From the NCBI GenBank assembly GCA_002189035.1, contig NEEC01000019.1, forward strand, positions 1,984,001-2,048,000: 64,000 nucleotides of DNA, written 5' to 3'. Numbering within the stretch: position 1 is the first letter of the stretch; every line of letters begins with the position of its first letter. Under the pieces are notes generated by a model that was given only the letters and a program-made list of their open reading frames with translations, was not told the origin of the DNA and made no database searches. The position numbers and the translations under genes are program-made. This document shows, piece after piece, positions 14,670-25,780 of the stretch. The DNA is from Utricularia gibba (lineage: Eukaryota; Plantae; Magnoliophyta).

Positions 14670-16335
14670 TTCGCAAGCGCAAAGGTCGCGCCCCTGGCTC
14701 CTCTACTTAATGTTGGAATGCTACGAATGGTGTATTCCATTTTAATTTTTTAAATATGGGCTGGCCTACTTGTGTTTTTAATAATAATAATTTTTATATT
14801 CATTAACAAAAATATATCAGGGTGAATAAAATAGTGTTAAATTTAAATTAAAAAAACGAAATCATGGAGTCCAATAATTTAAGCACGATTAGCGACGTCC
14901 TTTTAACATAAATACCTTAATCCTGTTGAAAATATGCATGCTTAACCTAATTAATTAATTATGTTAATAATTATATTAAATATAATCTAATGAAGAAACT
15001 CGCGTGCATACTACGCAAGTGAGCCAGGGTTGGAATATTGGTAGTGGATGTTTAATTAATATATATTCAAATAAACATATATATTTATCATTAAATAAAT
15101 CATTTGACTAAAATTACATATTTTTTGTGAATATATATTTAATAAATTTGATTATAATGAATAGGAAAAAAAACATAGTTGAAAGAGGTGATTTTCAGTG
15201 GTCGAATTATTTAAAAATAGGACATTCGCCTTTTTTTGAAATATTAATATATTGGATTAGATCGTTGACTTATTCCAGAGACGTAGTCAACCCCGGGATG
15301 CCAAGTCTTCGTCGAAGTGTAATGAATGATGCAGTTGGCTGGCTGGGGAAGAAATCAATAGTTATTGACTCTTGCTTCTGGGACTCTGGATTTAGTTACA
15401 AACATTTTCAAGGGTTGTAAAGCGGGAGGGCTGGAACTCGTCCGACCTCATCGGAACTCACCGGAGCGCGACCGGAACCCTCCGCACGGTCGTCGCGGGG
15501 TGGTTGGAATAACCGGATGCCTCTTGCTGCACATAATTCAAACCAAACAGCGACACAGCACAGTGACTGAGTTGATGGCTTTGGCCTCATGCAGACATCA
15601 CTCTTCCCTAATTAAGACAAGGTATCCATGTCGTGGACAGGTAACTTCATCATGATTTGAATTTTGAGGTTCCAGTTTTGAGACTTCAATTCCGAGAAAC
15701 GCTGGGAATCGTACTCCAAACAACCCGTCACAAAAATTTCCCTGGGTTGCTTGCTGCACTCAGGCTTCAAGGTTGCAACCAGATATCGTAATATTGTGCT
15801 GTATGAACGCCCTTTACAGTTCCGTTTCCGACACAGACGCTTGTACAACTATAAAAAGAAACATGTTAAAGAACCTTCAGAGAGAGGAGGTCGTGCGGCT
15901 TTAGGACAACTTGTGTGACCGCTGTCAATGGATCCATGATAATCGACTCCAAGTCACCCAACCACTATTCACATGTGGGCAAAAATAAATGCACAAATGC
16001 TTGAGATTTTTTATAAAATGTTTCTGAACCATAAATACTGCCACCAAACTTTTTTTTAATATAGTGAATAAACAAAGGTTTTTTTTAAATTAAATAAGAT
16101 TTTAATCAATCTACCCATGAATTGAATTTGATTCAAGTGTTTGTCATTCTCTGTAGATGTTTTATTTTTTTTATGACATTCCTATCCAAAAACATCATTA
16201 CTGTTTGTGTTGTTTGGTGTTGGTTGGGTTTCTTGCACTTCTGAAGCTGTGGATCAACGTAATTGCGATACACACCGACGAACACAAACAAAACAAAATG
16301 GTTCTGAAGTGCCCAACACTGGTACAGTTACATAC

Positions 16336-16788
16336 CTATATACTGCAATTGCCAAGAATACCGTACCAATCCTCCTCCTCCTCCTCCTCATCCTCGGAAT
16401 CTCCTTCGAGGCGGCGGAAGCGTCGTTGGACGGCCTCCGGGAGCAAGCTGCCCCGGCAAAGAGGGCAAGTGGATGCATCCATGAGAAGCCAGGCTTCCAG
16501 GCAGGATTTGTGGAACGTGTGGCTGCACACCGTTTTCCTCAACTCATCGCCTTCTTCATACGTCGAGAGGCAAACTCCGCATTCCGCGGGCTCTGCCCCG
16601 AGCTCCGCCGTGTAGCTGCTGGAGGGAGCTCTGTAGTCGATGATTTTCAGTAGCTCTGCAGCGGCTGTCGGCCTCTCCCGCCGGAGCCGGCGATAGATGA
16701 ATGCTATGGATTTGATGAAGAAGACGGCTGCGTATGCCAAGGCTTTGACACTATAGTAAGTCAATAATTGAGTGACAGCACCCGCCAT
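16336..16788 (-). CDS. RING-H2 E3 ligase, copy 2 (tandem paralogue of copy 1); intronless
   Basis: MAGAVTQLLTYY...ECGVCLSTYEEGDELRKTVCSHTFHKSCLEAWLLMDASTCPLCR...EEDWYG; collinear with copy 1; TATA-like TATAAATA about 40 nt upstream. Confidence 0.9.
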   Translation of the reverse strand: MAGAVTQLLTYYSVKALAYAAVFFIKSIAFIYRRLRRERPTAAAELLKIIDYRAPSSSYTAELGAEPAECGVCLSTYEEGDELRKTVCSHTFHKSCLEAWLLMDASTCPLCRGSLLPEAVQRRFRRLEGDSEDEEEEEEDWYGILGNCSI

Positions 16789-18132
16789 TTTTGCACGTAA
16801 AGCATGGCACATGGACGCCCTATTTATAATCCAGCTTCTATCTAATCCCTATTTTAGTAAAAAAAAAAAATCTTACAATTATTTAAATCATGTTTGGTAC
16901 AAGTTTTTTGTTAGATCAAACAATTTAAATTGATATTTAAAAGTGAAATAGTCGAATTTTATATGAAATTACATATCATTACATAATCAGTATAGTTTAA
17001 TTTTTTGTAATGTGATTGTTATTTATTATGTATATGAATTTTCATTTAATTCACTTGACCTTTAATTTCAATATTTTAAATGGCTTTATTAATGAAAAAC
17101 TTAATTAAGGTCTTTTACAATTAAAGCATTTTTTATTAAAAGAAAGGGATAGGTTCTGTTAATTAACTTGGACTGCCTGATATTTTCTTTTTTATTATAT
17201 CTTTCCATCATCACATGTTAATTTCTAAATCTTACTTTTCTTTCCATATTTGAAAAAATAATAATTTAATGATAGGTGATAACTATGATATTTTTTATTT
17301 ACTGTATCCATAATATATACTTTTTGTTGTTGTTACTGAAAAGGTGTTTAACAATATCCAAGTGTATTCAACTACCAAAGGTGGCCTTATTAACTCCCCC
17401 AGGGGACACATCTCCCTCCATAAATGTAACACATGTATGTATAGGGGGCATTCATTAATAAAATCTACATGTTGAATGCGCACAACTAATAATAGTAACA
17501 TTTTTATAGTTGATTTATTGTTTGTGGGTAAAGGCAGGGCCGCCATTGACTGGCCTGGGATGTGCGATGTGGCGAAGAGAAGACTTGGGAGCTGGGAGAT
17601 AGGCTAGGCTAGGATAGGGATAGGGTTGCTGTTTTTAGAGGGCTGAGTTGGTGATATACATCTTTTTACAATTTTAGTTTGCAAAATACATCCTTTTGGT
17701 TAATGTTGGGAAAATACATTTTTATGTATTTTTGTTTTTTTTTTTAACTCAGCACCTTTTTTTACCTCAATGAAATGTGGAATTTTGGATTTGTCTGTCC
17801 AATTTTTCAACTGGGTTTCTTGAGATTTGCATTCTCATTTACCGGGTTTGTGTTAATGCGATGAACTAAGTGAGTTAGAGATTGGGGTCCTATGGATCTT
17901 GGGTTTTGATTTTTTTGTCATTCTGATCAATATTGATCTTTGGTATCTCATCACTTTTCCGTATTCTTGATAGAATACGAAAAATACATATTTTTTTTAA
18001 TTTTTGTTTTATTTACAAGTGATAAAAATGAGTGTTTTTATCGATCGAAGGTAAATTATCCATTTGACTCAAAGCCAATATTTGAAAAAATAGATCAAGT
18101 ATTCAACTGCATTTTAGACAATTTTAAAACAT

Positions 18133-21100
18133 CTACTTCTTCTTAAATACACCACTTATTTTATTTCCAATAAGTTTCACAAGGCCCTTCTTCCTCTGGG
18201 TGCTAGTGTTTGTGCCACTCCGACTCTCGAGTTGCGGATGCCTTGGAAGATATGATATCGAATTCCTAGCAGCTATGCCTTGCGGAGCCCAAGGGGGATG
18301 TGATATTGAATCACATGCCGTTGTTGAGGTGGGTTGTATAGCAAGACCCAATTCGAGACCATCATACGACGAATGTCTGAACGAGGAGCCTCCCGGTTTG
18401 TTGTATCCTGTGGACAGTAATGTGCTATCTCGCCTAGAATGTGGTACCTCATTGTAAGAAGGGATCGGATACGCCGAAGACTCTTTGAATGAGGGCGCGT
18501 ATCCATAATCTTGGCTTGGAGGAGGAGGAGTATTCAAATCAATCGAGCTTGGTCCCTTACTTGCATCCTGTTGTCTCCTAGAATGCCTCGATGTACTATT
18601 ATGTGAATCTTCTAGTCCATGTTGTTGCATTGACTGGTTTCGGGTGATGCCAGATGAGGCTTCATTCGGTTTCCGTTGCCTCTCACGTCTAGTTGCTCTC
18701 TGCTCAAAATCTGGTGGCCCCTTGTACCTTGTTGACTGTGTTCGACCGACGGTGACTCGTTTACGTGCTGGGTCAACCAAGAGCTCAAAGGGTGCGGGTT
18801 CCCATTCACTCTCATCTCTTACCGGATTAATGCTACCTCGGTACATATTAACCATTGTGGTTACAAGGTAGTATACCGAGGCTCGAGTCCTTGGATTGAT
18901 ACGAAATTTATGAAGGGCCTGCATGTAATCAATGCATTTAAATCATAGGAAAAATGATATAACAGATATCGTATTATTACCTTTTGTGCATGACGACAAG
19001 GGTAACGGTCTATGTTCCAAATCCCGCAGGCACACTCTCCTTGGATAACACGCACCCTTCGGGATTGAGAAGAGTGCGGAGTCTCCTCTATGATGTCTGC
19101 CACCTGATTCTCAGTATCATACACAATGCATTGTAGGAATGGCAATGCTCTCGCTTCCTCTCGATATGCTTCCTCCACTACTCTCCCAAAAAGTATGCCC
19201 TCTTTATGTCTCTTTATCGCTTGCTGCTCGCTATTTCTCAAAATACTCTCTTCCTTTCTCGAAAGTAACCTGAAATTTTCTTGAATATTATAAAAGATTG
19301 ATAGTATAAAGGCTCAAACATTATTGCATATCATAATACCTTGGCAATTTGGGTTGGAGGTAAGCGTCGAGCTTCCCTCAGGGCACCGTTCAAAGCTTCC
19401 GCATGATTGGTGGTCATTATGGTATACCTGTACATGATGTTTGTAGATAATATAATTTGTGATGTCATATCAAATTCATAATTTTAAAAAATAACCGAAA
19501 AACTACTAACCGATATCCTCCATCATATAGCAATGTCCACTCATCAAATGGAATATCTTCCAAATAAGCATGTGCCTTTGGATAGTGCTCTTTCAAGTGA
19601 TTCCATGCATTTTGAAAATCTACCTCATTCCTAGCATAAGAAACCCTATGCACCATGTTGGACACACCCTTCGATCGTCTTCCAATATGCGTCTGAACAT
19701 TCTTGCGGAGGTGCCAATAACAAAAACGATGCACGCCATAATGGGGAAACCATTCCTTGTAGTTCCTATATGCTGCTAATATGCCTGCGGCACGGTCACT
19801 TATGATACATACTCCTTCTCTATCTCGGACAATATGCATTCCAAGCAATCCTAAAAACCACGTCCAATCCTCCTCACTCTCACTTCTTACGAAGGCGTAA
19901 GCGACAGGGCAAATCTTGTTGCTCCCATCAATGGCAACCGCAACAAGCAGCTTGTAGTCATAGCGACCGTATAAGTGTGTGACGTCGATACATAGCACCG
20001 GACGAGCATAGGCGAAGGCTCGAATCGCAAAACCGAATGCCCAAAAACCCTTCTTAGATAATGTGGGCCCTGGGTATCCTGTGCATCATCACCCCAATTG
20101 ACCACAGTGCCTGAGTTTCTATGACGAACCTCTTCTAGATACCGTGGTAGCTCTATCACAAACTTCTCCCAGGTACTGTAGCAAAGTTTGTATGCACGGA
20201 TCATGCAAGCCCAGGCCTGCCACTTGCTAACCTCATACCCCCACTTGTCTCTGATAATCAACTGCACCCCTTTGATTGTGAGCGTGGCTTTCAAGTATGG
20301 TTTCAATCGAGGCGCAATGAATTTGATTGATAGGTTGGCATGATGACCAGCTCCCAATGAATCAGTCACATCGCAAGTATGTGGCTCCACCAGCATAGTA
20401 ATCCTTCATGTGTTCGTCTTCTTGCTAGGTCCCCCACGCAGCGCAAATGGGCAATTACTACTTCCATTTGCTGCTTGTCGACAAATGACGGAATAATTCT
20501 TTATGTCACTCTTATACACCTTGAACTCTCGTTGTGCCATCGATACATGATATCTCATCACTGCATCCATCAGACTTTGTCTATCATTAAAATGCATACG
20601 CTCACGCAGATGCATCTCCTCTGCCTATTGTGTATCCATAGATGGGATTCGATCATAATAATCTGCAGGGAACCCTCTTCCAAGTCATCAAGAGTTGCAT
20701 CATTGTCATCTACCCCAATAGATGGTGTAGCACCTATGTTTCCGTCATCCAACGCGGCTATTGCCATAGCCACCTCCTCTGGGGTCGGGATAAATTCATC
20801 ATCAGAGTCACTCTCGACAGTATCTGCAATGTAATCAGAAACATCATCACTGTTGTACTCTGGAAATTCCTCATGCTCCTCCATGGGGTCATCGTAAGAG
20901 GCAGCATTTTCATGATGAGGCTCAGATAGTTGAGGATGTGGAAAATCGAACGGGTCAAAATCTTGTTCAATGTAGGACGACGGGAGTAAGTTGTACAAAT
21001 TTTGATAGTATTCTGAATCGAAATATTGTTGATCTTGAATCGGTTGCGGAGCCATTGGCACTGTTATTCATGAAAATAATTAGTAAAATGTATAGTTATC

Positions 21101-22307
21101 AAAATTACTTCTCTTCCTATAATGAATTAATAATTTTTTTACTTTAACCTCAATTCTCTTTATTCAAATTAATTTTTACATTTATTTTCTTTTTATTACA
21201 TATTGTTATTAACTTTCTTTTTAATTATTTAAAATATTTATACTTTACATCAATATTTTATTATTGAAATTCTTAAATTATTTTGTAAATTTTATTTTAA
21301 TAATAATTATTTTTCATCAAAATTATTATTTATTTACGAAAATTAATTTCATAAGTGATATTAATAATAAAAATGCTAAAAAATTACTTACGGTTCTATG
21401 CTGAATTAATAATTTTTTTATTTTAATCTCAACTTTTTTATTCAAATTAATTCTCCACTTATTCTTTTTTTATTATAAATAGTTCTTAACTTTTCATTTT
21501 GATTATTTAAAATATTTTATGTTTTTATATCAATACCTTATTACTAAAATTCTTAAATCATTTTTTTAAGTTTATTTTAAATAGTTCTCAGAATTCATGG
21601 GCCAATTAATATTGCCACAACCAAAGATCTTTCTTTATGTGCAAATTAATTTTATAATTGATATTAATTATAAATTAGTTTTTAAACTTAATTATATAAA
21701 AATTTAGTTTATTCATTATTAAATAAAAATAAATACTATCATCAATATTAATATGATGTATGCTAATATAGTGATCACTTAATTATAAATATGATGAATT
21801 GTGTATATTAATAAAATATTATGTAATCACACTCATAATAAGTATCCAAACATTATGCATTACAAAATTAATATTTATATTTAGATTATGCAAAATTTAT
21901 AGTTTTAATGCATGAAAAATAAATATAAATTATATTCTGAAAATATTGTACTTACAGGAATAACTAGAAGAAGCACATTGACTCATGCTATCATCAATAA
22001 TATATAAGTCCACATCATATTATGAGTTGAATGGATTCAAGGCATACCATAGACCGGATTCATCAGAAATTGGGAAGAAGTTGAAGTCGTGAGTGTTGAC
22101 ATCGTAAAATTTGACTTTGATACGAACAATACAAAAATCTACAACTATATTTACCTCACGTTGTAAAATCTCAATAAATCGTTCTAGTGAAATTGTAGGT
22201 TTCACTAGAATCACCTTTACGGGGTCACGATCATATACAATAGAATTGGAGTATTGATCTTTTAAGATATTTCCACCGGAGAATATACGGATTGAAACCT
22301 TTGACAT
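18133..22307 (-). pseudogene. MuDRA-type transposase with N-terminal PB1-like segment, MuDR domain, MULE DDE core and SWIM finger; disrupted
   Basis: IDVTHLYGRY (D), IISDR (D), spliced YTIMTTNHAEALN (E), CYWH, SWIM CACGIWNIDRYPCRH. Lesions: in-frame TAA at 22020-22022 (PFNS*YDVDLYIID), stop and frameshift near 20620-20650, further frameshifts near 20400, 19990 and 19240. Confidence 0.9.
21120..21580. repeat. Degenerate direct duplication (about 280-bp period) of AT-rich sequence in the first transposase intron
   Basis: The blocks tgaattaataatttttt, tttattcaaattaatt, attatttaaaatattt and aaattcttaaat occur twice in the same order (about 21120-21300 and 21400-21580). Confidence 0.7.
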
Positions 22308-22629
22308 GATGATTGTGAGCAGCAGTTTTTTGCAGGAAACTAAACGTAGGATATAGATGTAAGATGAGAGGTGTGGAAATGAAAAAGAATTCAATTTAAA
22401 TAATAAGTAATTGAGACATCATTTAATATTCAATTAATTAAATGCTTTTGAATTAGTCATAGACATGCTACGACCATTCATTTTCAGCAGTTTAATTAAA
22501 TTAAAATGAAACAATAATTTTATATTTAACCACCCATGTGATCTCTTCAAATAATTCATATGGTATAACATTTATAAAAAATAGTTTTGTATAATTGTTA
22601 ATTACATTTATTAAATAAAAATAATATAT

Positions 22630-22743
22630 TAAAGATGTATTTTGTAAACTAAATATACAAAAGTATGTATTTTGCAAACTAAAACCAAAAGGATGTATTT
22701 TGCAAACTAAAATCCTGAAGTGATGTATTTTACCAATTTTTTC
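22630..22743. repeat. Four subrepeats of about 29 bp (GATGTATTTTGCAAACTAAA core) in the right MULE TIR, mirrored by three inverted units at 17656-17720
   Basis: Cores at 22634, 22664, 22692 and 22722 (spacing 30/28/30); the left-end ATACAT cores at 17656, 17686 and 17714 (spacing 30/28). Confidence 0.85.
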
Positions 22744-24023
22744 GTTTTTAGATGCAGATCGGCAGAGTGTGTGTGTGTGGCAGCGGCAGATCGTTGACGC
22801 CGTCAAGGTGGCCTCCTCCGCCTCGGAGAGTCGGGGCGGCATCTGGGTGGGTATTTAATGCCCGCCCCCAGTGGCTCCCTTCAATTTCTGCGAGAAATTT
22901 TGAAAAATGCATTCAAACAAAAAAAGATTTAAGTGATAAATTGTTAAGGGTGTGCGAGTGTGCGTCGTCTCGTCTCCGGCCTGGCCTAGCCTAGCGTGGC
23001 TCCGCCGTGGAGGGAGGGAGGGAGGGAGCTCGGCTCTATAGTCGGAGTCGATGATTGAATCTCACTCCATCCTCCTGGTAGGTGGTAATTGGTAATCGGT
23101 ATTGGGCTGCCTGCTCCCGGAATTTGACTAGTTCAAAAAAGCCCACCACTTTGTTGTCGTCGTCTTTTTAGATTCAGTTCCATGTCCCCAGGCCAGGGAT
23201 GGGATGTCGCCTGAATAGCAGGAGTGAGTGAGGAGCATACCGACCGACACCATGTCCATCACTTGGCTTGGGTCTGCAATAATAAATTTCATTCTTTATT
23301 TATGTAACATATATTAAATAAGTTTCAAAAAGTTATTGACTTCTAACCAAATAGAGACTGATAGTTCCTAACTAATTTATTATAAGGAATATTTCTGTTA
23401 TTTTTCAAATAAAAATATAATACAAAATTGTTTCTTAAATACTAAATTTCAACTATCGTATTATTTGATATTATTAAAACGATTGTCATAAATCATGCCA
23501 TGCCATCCTTTATTGATTATGAAAAATTAATTTTTTAAGGCAAGTAAATTAAACCATTTTGATTGCAATTGTAAATCACTAATCAATGTTTGTCGATTCT
23601 AATCATTTGGCCTCACCTGTCTGTTTCGCGGCTATGTATTTGTTCCCTCTCTCTCTCTCTCTATTGGATTAAATTGAAAATCTGCAGTCCAAGTTGCGGT
23701 TGGGTGCCCGCCCGGCTTTCGCGATTCAAATTTGCGAGAGCGTCACATGGCGGCTTCCGGGACGGCGGTTTCGATGACCCCCCGAGTAGGCGCAGGTGAA
23801 GTGGCTTCAAGGTTTCAACTTCAAACATTGGCCTATTCTCCACGAATATAGGCCGGGCCCCCTTCAAGGTCGGGGGAGCGATATCTACTGATTTTTTTGT
23901 TTAGATTAAGCTCACCACCGCGCTTATCCCTTTTGATTCCTCGCCAACGACGTGGATTCTTTGTTTCTGATCGGACATCTGGTTGTTTTCTTCCCTTGGG
24001 AGTCGGAAGATTATATTGTGTGT

Positions 24024-25278
24024 ATGGCTTACGGGCATCAATCTAGAGAGGCTACTGGATCTAGGTTTATTTTGGGCGATCTCACGAATCAGACCGGTGA
24101 AAGGCGATCTGAGATAATGAAATCTTTTGGTTTTCCTTTGAATGGTGAGAAAGGCCACAAGCGTCTTTGCATTTCACCCGCAGGCAATGGTGGAAGTGGG
24201 TGTAAAAGCAAGGAACCAAATGCCCGTATGGATAAGAATAGTTCTGCATCTTTGGATATCCACAAGAAAAACCTTTGTGTGAATCCAAGTACTCCTGATG
24301 CAAGGGACATTGGTGATGATAGGCTTATCAAGATTTGCACAGAAGCCGTCGGCAAGATAGATTCACTGGAGGAGAATAAAACCACGAGCATGAAAGGTGT
24401 GAATGATAATTGCCCAAGTGTTACGCAAGACAAGAAACAAGTTGACTTTGAAGCCATCGAAGGCCAGTATCACGCTGTTGAGATTGAAAGCCATGATGCT
24501 GATGCTATGTTCTTGAGTCAGTCTGGATCCATAGATTGCACAGTTTTACATGACTCTCAAGAATCTACAGTGATCGGTTCAAATGTGCCGTATGCTAATC
24601 AGAGGAAGGTGCATGAAGGCATCCCTGAAGGCATCAAGTCTTGCTCTTGTTCTTTCTGCTCAAAAGGTAGATTGTGTGTCTGTAACGACTTTGCCATCTT
24701 TATTTAAAAAAAATGTTAGAAACGCAGCCCTTTGCTTTTTCCTTCGCGAGATTTAGTGAATTTAGGTCATCTTCTTGCGATGCAGCTGCATTGATATGGT
24801 TAAATGTGCAGCAGCATGATATCAAGGTTCGGGGCTCAGGTTAGTTGTGGTAATAACACAAAGTTTTTAGGATGAGATATTGACACAATTGAGTTCGTAT
24901 GTATCACTGCAACACTTTGAACGTGTCAGCAATCAAAAAAAGTCAGAGAGAAGCAGATACACTAGCTAGAAGTTTCGGCAACAAGGAGGTTGCAGCGAGA
25001 AACGGTGATCAGAATATCTCGGGGATGGTTGGGCATTTGATGCATCAATGGAAATCCCTCTTTGAACGGACTGCAGATGTACTGGAAAAAGAAAGCAAAG
25101 AGCTTGTAAGTTGTAGCAGCTAGATTCTTCCAAACTGATTCGCACCATTGTTTTTGTAGGCAAGAAACGCATATTGCGCACACAACTTGTTGAAACATTA
25201 AATGGTGCGCATTTATTTGTGCAGGAAGCAAGTTTAGGGCACCTGCGTGAACTGAGAAACAAACTCCCAAAGGGCTAG
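24024..25278 (+). CDS. Uncharacterised plant protein with N-terminal D-box-like motif, Cys-rich CSCSFC motif and C-terminal coiled coil; 4 exons (24024-24666, 24786-24839, about 24929-25106, 25225-25278)
   Basis: Spliced frame reads MAYGHQSREATGSRFILGDLTNQ...KSCSCSFCSK|AALIWLNVQQHDIKVRGS|AIKKSQREA...QWKSLFERTADVLEKESKEL|EASLGHLRELRNKLPKG*, with GT-AG junctions in phase. Confidence 0.75.
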
Positions 25279-25780
25279 GAGCTGAATGCTGATCGATGGC
25301 CCTCACTACATGAGGAAAGTACTATGCTTTTGCTGCGCCTTTATGTAGTGTAACTGAAATGTTCACTTGTTCCAATTTGGACGTTTATGCCCTTATGCAC
25401 CTGAATGATCTTGAGGACTACTACAAACACTAGCAATCATTTTTGAGATCGGAAGATGAGAGCCACTGTTCCACATCCTTGCCCACCAAAGTCCTAGGTG
25501 GAGGCGGCGAATAGGAGCATCTGCATCGTTCACAGGCCTGTTTACACTAGGAAGGTTAATTAATCTACTGTTTGTTTTCGTCCTAGTTTTTTTTACTACT
25601 TTGATCCTGCTCTCTTCAGAAAGAAATATAGAACATCTTGTAAGAAGCTTTGCATTTTCAAATGAATGAATACAAGAGCTTGATTATAAGACAAAAAAAA
25701 ACGAGTACTCTCTCGATCAGGATTCAGGAATGAGGAAGAGCCAAGATGCCTCAATGAATGTGAGTTGACGCTTACAGATG

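Larger units (their letters stand above)
17640..22743 (-). mobile_element. Mutator-like (MULE/MuDR) DNA transposon, full length but decayed; TIRs of about 90-110 bp; 9-bp TSD GTTTTTAGA at 17631-17639 and 22744-22752
   Basis: An identical 9-mer flanks both ends. The left end contains ATTTTAGTTTGCAAAATACATCCTTTTGGTT and its exact reverse complement lies in the right end. The interior holds a MuDR transposase. Confidence 0.92.

Noticed and set aside
22630-22743. Regularly spaced units of about 29 bp that resemble a CRISPR-like array
   Set aside because: There are no unique spacers, the context is eukaryotic, and the units are mirrored at the other MULE end, so they are TIR subrepeats.
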